Shown piece by piece: positions 53,180-60,700 of a stretch of 64,000 bases of DNA. A model generated the notes under the pieces. The model saw only the letters and a list, made by a program, of their open reading frames with translations. It was not told where the DNA came from and ran no database searches. Both the position numbers and the translations under genes were made by a program. Position 1 is the stretch's first letter; every line of letters starts with the position of its first letter. The stretch is from Planctomycetia bacterium (lineage in GTDB: Bacteria > Planctomycetota > Planctomycetia > Pirellulales > UBA1268), in the NCBI GenBank assembly GCA_014192425.1, contig BJHK01000011.1, positions 73,670 to 137,669 of the forward strand. The letters run 5' to 3'.

Positions 53180-54025
53180 TCAGGAGCGGATGAGCACATA
53201 GTAGCCCGCGAGGGCGAAGCCGATCAGGGACACGCCGCGGCGCACGGCCGCCGCCGGGAGACGGCGGGCGAACCGGGCCGCGACGATGCTACCCAGGATC
53301 GACGCCCCGGCCATCACCGCGACGTGGAGCCAGGAGACGTCGTGCGGGCCCAGCGCGTCGCCGGCCACGAAGGCCAGGGCCGCCGTGCCGTTGACCACGG
53401 TCGCGAGGGAGTTCTTGGCGGCGTTGAGCTGGTGGATGTCGCCGAGGTCGAGCATGCCCAGCACCGCGAGCATGAGGATCCCGATCCCGGCGCCGAAGTA
53501 CCCGCCGTAGATGGCGACGAGAAACTGTAGCCCGCAGGCGGCGACGATCCGCGCCGGCGACGGGGCGACCGGGGCGGCCCGTCCACCCCCGTGAGCAAGC
53601 GCCGTCAACCGCGGCTGCGCCGCGAACAGCACCGCCGCCAGCAGGATCAGCCACGGCACCGCGCCGGCGAACAACCGCTCGGGGAGGGCGAGGACAAGCG
53701 CCACGCCGACAGCCGCGCCGACCACGCTCGGCAGCAGCAGCCAGCGGGTCCAGGCCGGCTGCCGCGCGCGATCGCTGCGATAGGCCCACGACGCGGCGAG
53801 CGAGGCCGGCCAGAGCCCGAGCGTGCTCGTGGCGTTGGCGGTGACCAGCCGGCCCGGGTCGGGCGGCAGGATCATCCCCAGCACGGGGAAGGTGAGGATC
53901 GTGCCGCCGCCGGCGACCGAGTTGATCGCACCCGCCGCGGCCGCCGCGCCGGCGAGCAGCGCCAGACCCGCCGGGCCGTCGGCCGAGAGCCCGGCCATGA
54001 TCGGCCAGTCCGCTGCCGCGCTCAT
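53180..54025 (-). CDS. TauE/SafE-family anion exporter membrane protein
   Basis: INSVAGGGTILTFPVL and AIYGGYFGAGIGILMLAVLG repeats are present, with about 8 TM helices. Confidence 0.75.
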   Translation of the reverse strand: MSAAADWPIMAGLSADGPAGLALLAGAAAAAGAINSVAGGGTILTFPVLGMILPPDPGRLVTANATSTLGLWPASLAASWAYRSDRARQPAWTRWLLLPSVVGAAVGVALVLALPERLFAGAVPWLILLAAVLFAAQPRLTALAHGGGRAAPVAPSPARIVAACGLQFLVAIYGGYFGAGIGILMLAVLGMLDLGDIHQLNAAKNSLATVVNGTAALAFVAGDALGPHDVSWLHVAVMAGASILGSIVAARFARRLPAAAVRRGVSLIGFALAGYYVLIRS

Positions 54026-57000
54026 GGATCTTTTCGCAGCACTTCCGCTTCCGCGGTCCCCGGGATGCCGGGGCGGCAGTCGACGAGCATGTAGCCCGCC
54101 CAGAAGAACGGATGCTTCGCGTTCTCGAGCGGTGCCTTGGCCACCGGCTTGATCCGCGGCTCGCGGGCAAGGTCGATCGGCTCGGCGGTCACGACGTCCA
54201 CCGCCCGCCGCCAGCTCTCCGCCGGAACGGGCTCGGCGCCTGCGGCGGGCGCGGCGAGGTCGCGCATGAATTCGGTGACGAGGTCCGTGGCCACGTGGCC
54301 GCCGGTGCGCCAGCGGCTCACAAGCGCGGTCTCCGCGCCGGCCGCGACCAGCGCCGTGGTCGCGAGAAACATCTCCTCACCCGGCCGATCCGGTACCCGG
54401 GCCAGGCCCCCGGCGATCGCGGACTGGAAGCCCGGCAGGATCATGCGCCGGGGCCGCTTGGCCGGGGCCGCGATCCAGTCGGCGAACGTGATCGCGGCTC
54501 CGCCGGGGCTGGCCGCGACCAGCGGCCTGCGCAAGAGCGGCCCGTCGCCGGCGAGCTCCTCGGCGATCACGAGGTCGTCGCAGAGCGACGCCACGAGCAG
54601 ACCGGGGGGGCCGTTGACGATCTGGCCCACCGGAAGGACGCGGGGGAGTGCCGCGGAAAAGTCGGCGAGGAACTGCTCGCCGACCGCCGGTTTGTCACCG
54701 CGATAGAGTTTGCCCGCCCGCAGGCCGATCGCCCCCTGCGGCCGCGCCGGCGTCGAGGGCATCACCGCCAGGCTGCGGGTGGGCGCGTAGCGGATCCGGC
54801 AGGCGTCGCGGAGCAGCCGCTGCTCCCCGGCAGCGTCCCGGTTCGTCGTCGCCGGCAGGAGCTCGAAGGGGACATACCACAGCCAGCCGTCGGGCACGAT
54901 CACGAGCTCGTCGATCCCTTCGCCGAGCACGACCTTCGAGTTCTCGAACAGGATCCGCTCGATGGCCTTGGCGGCGTCGCGCCAGTCGCCCTCCGCGAGC
55001 CGGTCGGTCGGCACCGCGGAGTTGGGATCGAACAGGCACAGCGACTTGGCAAGCTGCCGCACCTCGCCGGGCAGGGCGGCCACCTGACGCACCTGCCAGA
55101 CGGCCGTCCGATCGCTCGACTCGAGCGCCCCGAAGAGGCCCGACTTCGTCCAGTGGAAGGAGAGGATGAGCTGTCGGGGCGCCAGCCGGCTGCGGATCTC
55201 GGCGCAGGGCAGGTTCGGGGGAAAGTCGATCGGCGTGAAGTCGCGGCCGGCGGAGATCGCCGCCAGCGCCTGGCCGAACTGCCGGGACAGGCTGCGGTAG
55301 GTCTCCCAGTCGGCTGCGGCTCCCGGCATGGCGGGACGCTCATCGTTCGCGTCGTTGCCGGCCGCGTTGCCCGCGGCTGGTGCGGCCAGGTCGGTGGCCA
55401 GCCTGCCCCTGATCCGCATCAGGCCGTCGAGCAGGCCGCCCAGTCCCTGGTGGCGGGCGACGAGGTCGGCCCGGCGCCGGGCAGCATCCACGGGCATCAC
55501 CGCCGGGTCGGCCGCGAGCAGCCTTTGCACCGCCACACGCCGGCCGCCGACCGGCTGCGCGACCAGCCAGCGCTGCCGGGCCGTGGCCTCGGCTGCATCG
55601 AGCGCCGGATCGCTGCCGCGGCGGGCCGCCACGGCCACCCAGGCGTCGAAGGCCTCGCCCCGCGACGTGGAGATGACGGCGAGCGTGTCGAGCGGATCGC
55701 GGGCGAATTGCTCGGCCGTGGGATCGCCGAGCAGCGCGGCGAAGAGCTCCTCGGCCCGTCGCTCGGAGATGGCGGTCGAGCCGGCGACGAGGAGCTCGAC
55801 GATCCGCGCCGTCTGGAAGAGCCGCTGCGAACGCTGGCCGGCGATGCGCAGCGCGAGGTCGAGCGCCGCATCGCCCGCCTGCGTGTCTCCCGCCGCATAC
55901 TCGACGAGCGCCCGCGCGTAGGCGGCCTGGGCACCGGCCCGGCCGCGTCCCGGATCGGACTGCCCGAGCCGGCCGTCGATCGCCTTGAGCGACTGCGCGG
56001 CGGTCTGCCTGTCGCCCGCCGCCACCAGCGCCTCGGCCTGCATCGCCAGGAGCGTGGAACGGAGCACGGGATGGTTGCCGCGTGCCCACTCGCAGCCCCC
56101 TTGAATCGTCGCCGGCACGCCCCGCGCCCCTGCCGACATGTGGGCCATGAAGGCCAGCCGAAACGCCTCCTCCAGCGCCCGGCCGTCGGCGGCATCGACG
56201 GCGGAGTAGGTCGCCTCATCGAAGAGCCGCGCGGCCACGTCCGCCCGTCCGGCGTCGAGCGCGATGCGGCCGAGCACGATCAGGCCCCAGCCCGTCAGCC
56301 CGTGGTCGAGCCCTTCACCGGCCAGCAGGCCCGCCTCCAGCAGCGGCCGGGCCTGGTCGTGCTTGCCCTGCGACCACAGCGCGGTGCCGAGCGCGATTCT
56401 GATCCAGGACTGCGAGTAGTGGTTTGCCGGGGCGGGCCGCTGGGCGAGCATCCGCGTGACGCCGGCGAGGGGGGAACTCTCCCGCGCCAGGCCGCCGAGG
56501 ATGTCGGCGTGACGGTAGATCGCGATCACGAGGCTGCGCATGATCTCCTGCGGCCGGAGCGGATAATCGGCGGGGGCCACGAGCGCGCCTCCCTTCTTGA
56601 GCACCTCCTCCGGGTCGGCGCCTCCGCGCCGGATCGTCATCGTCGGCGGCACGAGGGCCGGCAGCACGTTGCGGGTGCTGCGGCCCCACGTCGCCGCCCG
56701 ACCTGCCGCCGGCCGCAGCGGCTGGGGAGGGAACTGCACGGCGAGCAGCCAGTCGCCCTGCGTGGCCGCCATGAGCATCGACTCCTCATAGGCCGTGACG
56801 GCATCGCGGAAATTGCCGAGTTCGAACTGGCATTCGCCGACGATCGCGGCGGAGGCGATCGTGTCGATCCAGCGCTCCGGGCCGATCTTCACGCCGCTCT
56901 GATACTCGCTGCCGGCAGCCGCGAGCGCGGCCTTGTAGTCGCCCCCGTCGAGAGCCTCGAGGGCCAGGTCGTAGGCCGGGGACGGAACGTTCCTGGCTGC

Positions 57001-57141
57001 GGCGGGCTGGCCGAGGCCGGGTGGCAACACGACCTGGCCGAGGCAGGGTGGCGGAAGCGGCGGCAACGTGGCGCACGCCAGGGCGACGGTGAGGACCGCC
57101 ACCGGATGACGCGCGCGCCGGGGTGCGAGCATGATGCCCAT
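54022..57141 (-). CDS. Secreted TPR-like / CHAT-like domain protein (catalytic dyad apparently absent)
   Basis: Start placed at MGIMLAPRRARHPVAVLTVALACATL (signal peptide). A long helical-repeat region follows. The C-terminus has the CHAT-like pattern ELVIVPDGWLWYVPFELL ... ALVAAGAETALVSRWRTGG ... KHPFFWAGYMLVD. ATGA overlap with the downstream TauE gene. Confidence 0.6.
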   Translation of the reverse strand: MGIMLAPRRARHPVAVLTVALACATLPPLPPPCLGQVVLPPGLGQPAAARNVPSPAYDLALEALDGGDYKAALAAAGSEYQSGVKIGPERWIDTIASAAIVGECQFELGNFRDAVTAYEESMLMAATQGDWLLAVQFPPQPLRPAAGRAATWGRSTRNVLPALVPPTMTIRRGGADPEEVLKKGGALVAPADYPLRPQEIMRSLVIAIYRHADILGGLARESSPLAGVTRMLAQRPAPANHYSQSWIRIALGTALWSQGKHDQARPLLEAGLLAGEGLDHGLTGWGLIVLGRIALDAGRADVAARLFDEATYSAVDAADGRALEEAFRLAFMAHMSAGARGVPATIQGGCEWARGNHPVLRSTLLAMQAEALVAAGDRQTAAQSLKAIDGRLGQSDPGRGRAGAQAAYARALVEYAAGDTQAGDAALDLALRIAGQRSQRLFQTARIVELLVAGSTAISERRAEELFAALLGDPTAEQFARDPLDTLAVISTSRGEAFDAWVAVAARRGSDPALDAAEATARQRWLVAQPVGGRRVAVQRLLAADPAVMPVDAARRRADLVARHQGLGGLLDGLMRIRGRLATDLAAPAAGNAAGNDANDERPAMPGAAADWETYRSLSRQFGQALAAISAGRDFTPIDFPPNLPCAEIRSRLAPRQLILSFHWTKSGLFGALESSDRTAVWQVRQVAALPGEVRQLAKSLCLFDPNSAVPTDRLAEGDWRDAAKAIERILFENSKVVLGEGIDELVIVPDGWLWYVPFELLPATTNRDAAGEQRLLRDACRIRYAPTRSLAVMPSTPARPQGAIGLRAGKLYRGDKPAVGEQFLADFSAALPRVLPVGQIVNGPPGLLVASLCDDLVIAEELAGDGPLLRRPLVAASPGGAAITFADWIAAPAKRPRRMILPGFQSAIAGGLARVPDRPGEEMFLATTALVAAGAETALVSRWRTGGHVATDLVTEFMRDLAAPAAGAEPVPAESWRRAVDVVTAEPIDLAREPRIKPVAKAPLENAKHPFFWAGYMLVDCRPGIPGTAEAEVLRKDP

Positions 57142-57360
57142 GTTGTACTCGCCCGCGGGGCGACCCCGCACTGCGGCCCGGCGGACCGGATCCCGCAGGG
57201 AGCCGAACGGGAGTCTGGGGGGTTTCGGGGGGGCACGGTGTCGGGCTGCGGGCCGGATTCCCGCGGTCGCAACGATGGTGCAAAGTTTACCGCTTGGAGC
57301 GGTCGATAGGACAAGCAAGGTCGAGCGGGTGCTCGAACCGTCCGCCCGGGGTCAATCCTC

Positions 57361-57651
57361 ATGAACCTTGCGAACCGTTCCATGACCGGCAGTTTCCGCA
57401 TCCTGAGGGGCTTCGCGGCCCTGACGATCGCGGCGGGTGGCATGGCGCTCACGGGGTGCCAGGTCGACGTCGGCGGGCAGACGCTGCCCAGCGCGTACTA
57501 CCTGCAGGACGACATCCAGTACTTCCCGGCCGGGCCGGAATTCAAACTCTCCAAGGAGGCCGCCGCGCAGAAGGCCTACAAGAAGGAGATGGGGGATTCC
57601 GGCGCGTGTGGCGGCAACTGCAAGGGCGGCTGCCAGACCTGCGGCCACTGA
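57361..57651 (+). CDS. Small lipoprotein with Cys-rich C-terminus
   Basis: The lipobox is MALTGC. Then comes QTLPSAYYLQDDIQYFPAGPEFKLSKEAAAQKAY. The tail is GACGGNCKGGCQTCGH. Confidence 0.65.
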   Translation: MNLANRSMTGSFRILRGFAALTIAAGGMALTGCQVDVGGQTLPSAYYLQDDIQYFPAGPEFKLSKEAAAQKAYKKEMGDSGACGGNCKGGCQTCGH

Positions 57652-57670
57652 TCCCGCGATCCCGCCCGCC

Positions 57671-57816
57671 TGTCCCGTGTCCCGGGACACGTGTCCCGGG
57701 ACAGGCACGCCCCTGGGGAAGTCCCGGGACAGGCACGCGTTGCCCCCTCCTGGACAGGCACGCGTTGCCGAGGGCGTTGCCGAGGGGACAGGCACGCGTT
57801 GCCGAGGGGACAGGCA
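57671..57816. repeat. Dense block of short direct and palindromic repeats
   Basis: A 26-nt perfect palindrome, TGTCCCGGGACACGTGTCCCGGGACA, lies at 57678-57703. GTCCCGGGAC occurs 3 times (57679, 57693, 57721). GGACAGGCA occurs 5 times (57699, 57727, 57752, 57786, 57808), three of them extended to GGACAGGCACGCGTTGCC. GCGTTGCCGAGG occurs 3 times. Confidence 0.9.
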
Positions 57817-57817
57817 G

Positions 57818-57842
57818 GAAACAGCGGAATTCGCTGTTTTTC
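57818..57842 (+). terminator. Candidate intrinsic terminator of the small lipoprotein gene
   Basis: GAAACAGCG gaatt CGCTGTTTTT forms an 8-bp stem (57819-57826 with 57832-57839) and a 5-nt loop. The T-run is partly inside the stem. Confidence 0.4.
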
Positions 57843-57908
57843 CGGGCTTCCGCCAGGGCTTCCGCCGGAGGCTTGTAGCCTTCCGCTCTTCGGGTAGAAT
57901 CCCGCTCC

Positions 57909-58040
57909 GTGGGTTTAAGACCCATAGGATGAAAAGATGCAGTCTTTTTGTGGGTTTAATGCCACAAAATGGCTCAACGGAGTGGCGAGGGCCGGTCGGT
58001 CGGCCCGGGATTTTCCCGCGGAGCGGGTAGCGTGGGTTTT
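57909..58040 (+). promoter_or_regulatory. Three GTGGGTTT(A/T) boxes upstream of mraZ (candidate MraZ operator)
   Basis: GTGGGTTTAA lies at 57909-57918 and 57950-57959; GTGGGTTTT lies at 58032-58040. The spacings are 41 and 82 nt. The last box ends 13 nt before the mraZ ATG. Confidence 0.4.
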
Positions 58041-58053
58041 GCGAAGCACAGGC

Positions 58054-58536
58054 ATGGCCGCAGCCGACCTGCTGATCGGCGAGTTCACCCGGACGCTCGA
58101 CGAGCGGTTCCGGCTAGCGATCCCGCCGGAATTGCTCGAACCGCTGCTGGCGAGCGGGCCGCGGCTGGTGCTTGCCAAGGAGCGGGCCGGATGCCTGTCC
58201 CTTTGGCCGGCGGCGATTTGGAAGCCGCGGATCGACGCCGCCGTGGACGTGGTTCGCAGCAAGATGCAGGCGGGCCTGCTCTCCCAGCGCGTGGGGCAGG
58301 TGCAGGACCTCGGCCGGCTGCTCTCGACCCGGCACCGGGTGGTGTCGCTGGCGGCCCGGGGACGGCTGGTGGTGCCAGAGGGGTTTCGCGAGTTCCTCGC
58401 GGTGGAGCCCGGCGCCGACCTGATGGTGGTCGGGGCCGCGGTGTGCGTGGAACTCTGGCAGCCCGCCGCCTGGACGACATTCGTGACGAGCGAAATGCCT
58501 GGCTTCCGCCAGCGAATCGACGAATTGACCGCGTGA
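58054..58536 (+). CDS. mraZ: Transcriptional regulator MraZ
   Basis: Start placed at MAAADLLIGEFTRTLDERFRLAIPPELLEPL (first SpoVT-AbrB-like half). The second half is AARGRLVVPEGFREFLAVEPGADLMVVGAAVCVELWQPAAW. This is the two-repeat MraZ architecture with (D/A)xxxR motifs. Confidence 0.85.
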   Translation: MAAADLLIGEFTRTLDERFRLAIPPELLEPLLASGPRLVLAKERAGCLSLWPAAIWKPRIDAAVDVVRSKMQAGLLSQRVGQVQDLGRLLSTRHRVVSLAARGRLVVPEGFREFLAVEPGADLMVVGAAVCVELWQPAAWTTFVTSEMPGFRQRIDELTA

Positions 58537-58558
58537 CGGCACGCGGTGGCAGAGATTT

Positions 58559-58690
58559 GGCCGTGCCCGGATGAGAGGAAAGAGTTTCAGCCTGTCGGTC
58601 TCATCCGGCGACGAAACACAATAGCCACGGAACGGGCCCCACCAGCACGGATGCTGCCGAGGGACCTCCTCCGGGCACGGCCCTTTTGCC
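58559..58690 (+). other. Candidate structured RNA / complex terminator downstream of mraZ
   Basis: GGCCGTGCCCGG (58559-58570) is the exact reverse complement of CCGGGCACGGCC (58671-58682), which is followed by CTTTTG. An inner 10-bp hairpin, CCGGATGAGA (58567-58576) with TCTCATCCGG (58599-58608), competes for the same CCGG. Confidence 0.3.
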
Positions 58691-58887
58691 TCGCGCTGGT
58701 GTGGACGCGGGGTTGGTGCGCGCTACGTCGCTCGCGCGGTTCCGGCATCCGTGGTGCGTTACCCGGACAAATCGGGAGAGGCGAACGAGGGGGTCGGCGA
58801 ACGCTCGACGAGCGTGTGGCCGCCGCGGCCACAGCGACGAGACGTCTGCCGCCCCGAAGCCGGTGCTCCACCGCAGTCGGATGCGGT

Positions 58888-60021
58888 CTAACGCGACGGC
58901 GCCGCGTCCGCCAAGCTCGGGAGCTCCGCTGCCAGCGGCCAGTCGATGCGGCGGCCCGACAGCGCCGAAGCGTACACGGCCACCGTCATCTCCACCGTCG
59001 TCCGCCCCGCAAACATCCCCGTCTCCGGCTCGCGTTCCTCCGCGATCGCCGCCACCAGGTCAGACGCCGCTCGCCGCGACCAGTTCGCCCGCTCCGCCGA
59101 CCGCTCCGCGTCCGTCAGTGACGGCAACGACTCCACCACGCCCTCTGCGCCGATCGGCTTCCACGGATGCGGCTTGTCGAGCCGCCAGAGCGGGGCTTCG
59201 CGCAGATAGGCGTAGGGAACATGGTCGGGACGAATGTGGATCGCCCCCTTCGTTCCCACAATCGTGAGCCCGAAATTCGGCTGCTTCAGGCCGGCCTCGC
59301 GGACGCTCGCAAAATAGCCCGTCGGGCCGTTGCCCAAGCCAAAGGTCGCCGCGATCGCATCCCCGGCGACAAGGCCGATCCCCTCCGGGCCGGCGACCGC
59401 GTCGGCACGCCCGATCGGCCGCCCCTTCGCTGTGACATGCGCCGAACACCACAGCGGCGCGCCGCCGAGGTCGGCCATCAGGTCGAGAATATGACAGCCC
59501 GTCACCCACAGATCCTCGCCACCACCACGGGCATCCTCCTTGCCGCGGCCGCGCAATTCGAGCACCTTGCCGATGCGGCCATCTTCGATCAGGTCGCGAA
59601 CCTGGGCGTAGGCGGGAGCGTGCCGGTTGGCGTAGGCCAGCCCGAGTTTCGTGTCCGACTTTCTGCAGGCTGCGATCACCGCGTCGGCCTGGGCCCGCGT
59701 CGGCACGAAGGGCTTTTCCATGAAGATGCCCCTGACGCCCGCCTCGGCGGCGGCGATCGCTATCTCGGCATGCGCGTCGATCCAACGCTGGCAGATCGCC
59801 ACCACGTCGGGCTTCACCTCGGCGATCATGCGCCGCCAATCTGCAAAGCCGGCGTCGGCCGGCAGCTCGTTGCGGGCCACCGCCTCCGCCGGGCCGTCGG
59901 GGCCGTCGTCCGCGACCGCCACCAGACGGGCGGACTCCATGCCCGACCAGATCCGGTCGAGGTCATGACCCCAGTCGCCGCGGCCCGTCCGCCCGATCGC
60001 CGCCACACGAATCGCTTGCAT
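58888..60021 (-). CDS. Gfo/Idh/MocA-family oxidoreductase
   Basis: The N-terminal Rossmann region is IRVAAIGRTGRGDWGH. The conserved EKP motif is in GIFMEKPF. Confidence 0.8.
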   Translation of the reverse strand: MQAIRVAAIGRTGRGDWGHDLDRIWSGMESARLVAVADDGPDGPAEAVARNELPADAGFADWRRMIAEVKPDVVAICQRWIDAHAEIAIAAAEAGVRGIFMEKPFVPTRAQADAVIAACRKSDTKLGLAYANRHAPAYAQVRDLIEDGRIGKVLELRGRGKEDARGGGEDLWVTGCHILDLMADLGGAPLWCSAHVTAKGRPIGRADAVAGPEGIGLVAGDAIAATFGLGNGPTGYFASVREAGLKQPNFGLTIVGTKGAIHIRPDHVPYAYLREAPLWRLDKPHPWKPIGAEGVVESLPSLTDAERSAERANWSRRAASDLVAAIAEEREPETGMFAGRTTVEMTVAVYASALSGRRIDWPLAAELPSLADAAPSR

Positions 60022-60024
60022 GCG

Positions 60025-60612
60025 TCACCCCTTTCCGACGTTCTTCATGCCGTCGAGAAACATCTGCACTGCCGAGGCCACCAGCACCATGCCGATGAGC
60101 CGCTCGATCGCGAGAATCCCCCGGGCACCGAGAAAATGACTGAGCTTCGCCCCGAGGAGGAGGATCACCGCCGAGGCGCCCCAGGCGGCCGACACCGCCA
60201 CGAGCCACTCCAGATGCCGGCCGGGCTCGCGGCTGGTGAGCAGCAGCACCGTCGCCAGCGCCGACGGCCCGGCCACGTATGGCACGGCCAGCGGCACCAC
60301 GAACGGCTCCCCGTCGATCCGCTCCTCGAGCGTGCCCGCCGTCGCCGGAAACACCATCCGGATGGCGATCAGAAAGAGGACGATGCCCCCGGCGATCGTC
60401 ACCGCCGGCTCGGAGATGGCGAGCATCGCGAGCAACGGCCGGCCGGCGAACAGGAACGCCACGAGCAGGGCGTAGGCGATCAGCAGTTCCCGGCCCACGA
60501 CCCGCAGCCGCCGGTCCGGCGCGACAGGCTGGATCGCCGCCAGGAACAGCGGGATGTTGCCGATCGGGTCCATCACGAAAAACAGGAGGATCGCCGCGGA
60601 GAAAAGGGACAT
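60025..60612 (-). CDS. MarC-family (UPF0056) integral membrane protein
   Basis: LLFFVMDPIGNIPLFLA is present, with six TM helices in 195 aa. Confidence 0.8.
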   Translation of the reverse strand: MSLFSAAILLFFVMDPIGNIPLFLAAIQPVAPDRRLRVVGRELLIAYALLVAFLFAGRPLLAMLAISEPAVTIAGGIVLFLIAIRMVFPATAGTLEERIDGEPFVVPLAVPYVAGPSALATVLLLTSREPGRHLEWLVAVSAAWGASAVILLLGAKLSHFLGARGILAIERLIGMVLVASAVQMFLDGMKNVGKG

Positions 60613-60700
60613 GCGGAGGCCTCGAGGGCGACGGCGGACGCAGCCTCAATTTATACTCCATGGTCTCCACCGGCGGATCAGCCCGAAGCTTGCAGACCAC

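Noticed and set aside
57361-57651. Cys-rich C-terminus as a RiPP (lanthipeptide/thiopeptide-like) precursor
   Set aside because: A clear lipoprotein signal and lipobox are present. There are no Ser/Thr-rich core or leader features, and no modifying enzyme genes nearby.
57671-57866. Possible CRISPR array or minisatellite in the repeat block
   Set aside because: The repeat units are 9-22 nt, irregularly spaced and partly overlapping. There are no unique spacers of uniform length, and no cas genes in the window.
58546-59121. Plus-strand ORF after mraZ as a possible rsmH
   Set aside because: The translation (MAEIWPCPDERKEF...RRRNTIATERAPPARM...) has no SAM-methyltransferase motifs. It is Arg-rich and runs antisense into the Gfo/Idh/MocA gene.
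60613-60700. TATACT hexamer (about 60648-60653) as a promoter or metal-regulator operator for the CDF gene
   Set aside because: I found no convincing -35 element and no palindromic operator. A single AT-rich hexamer is insufficient evidence.
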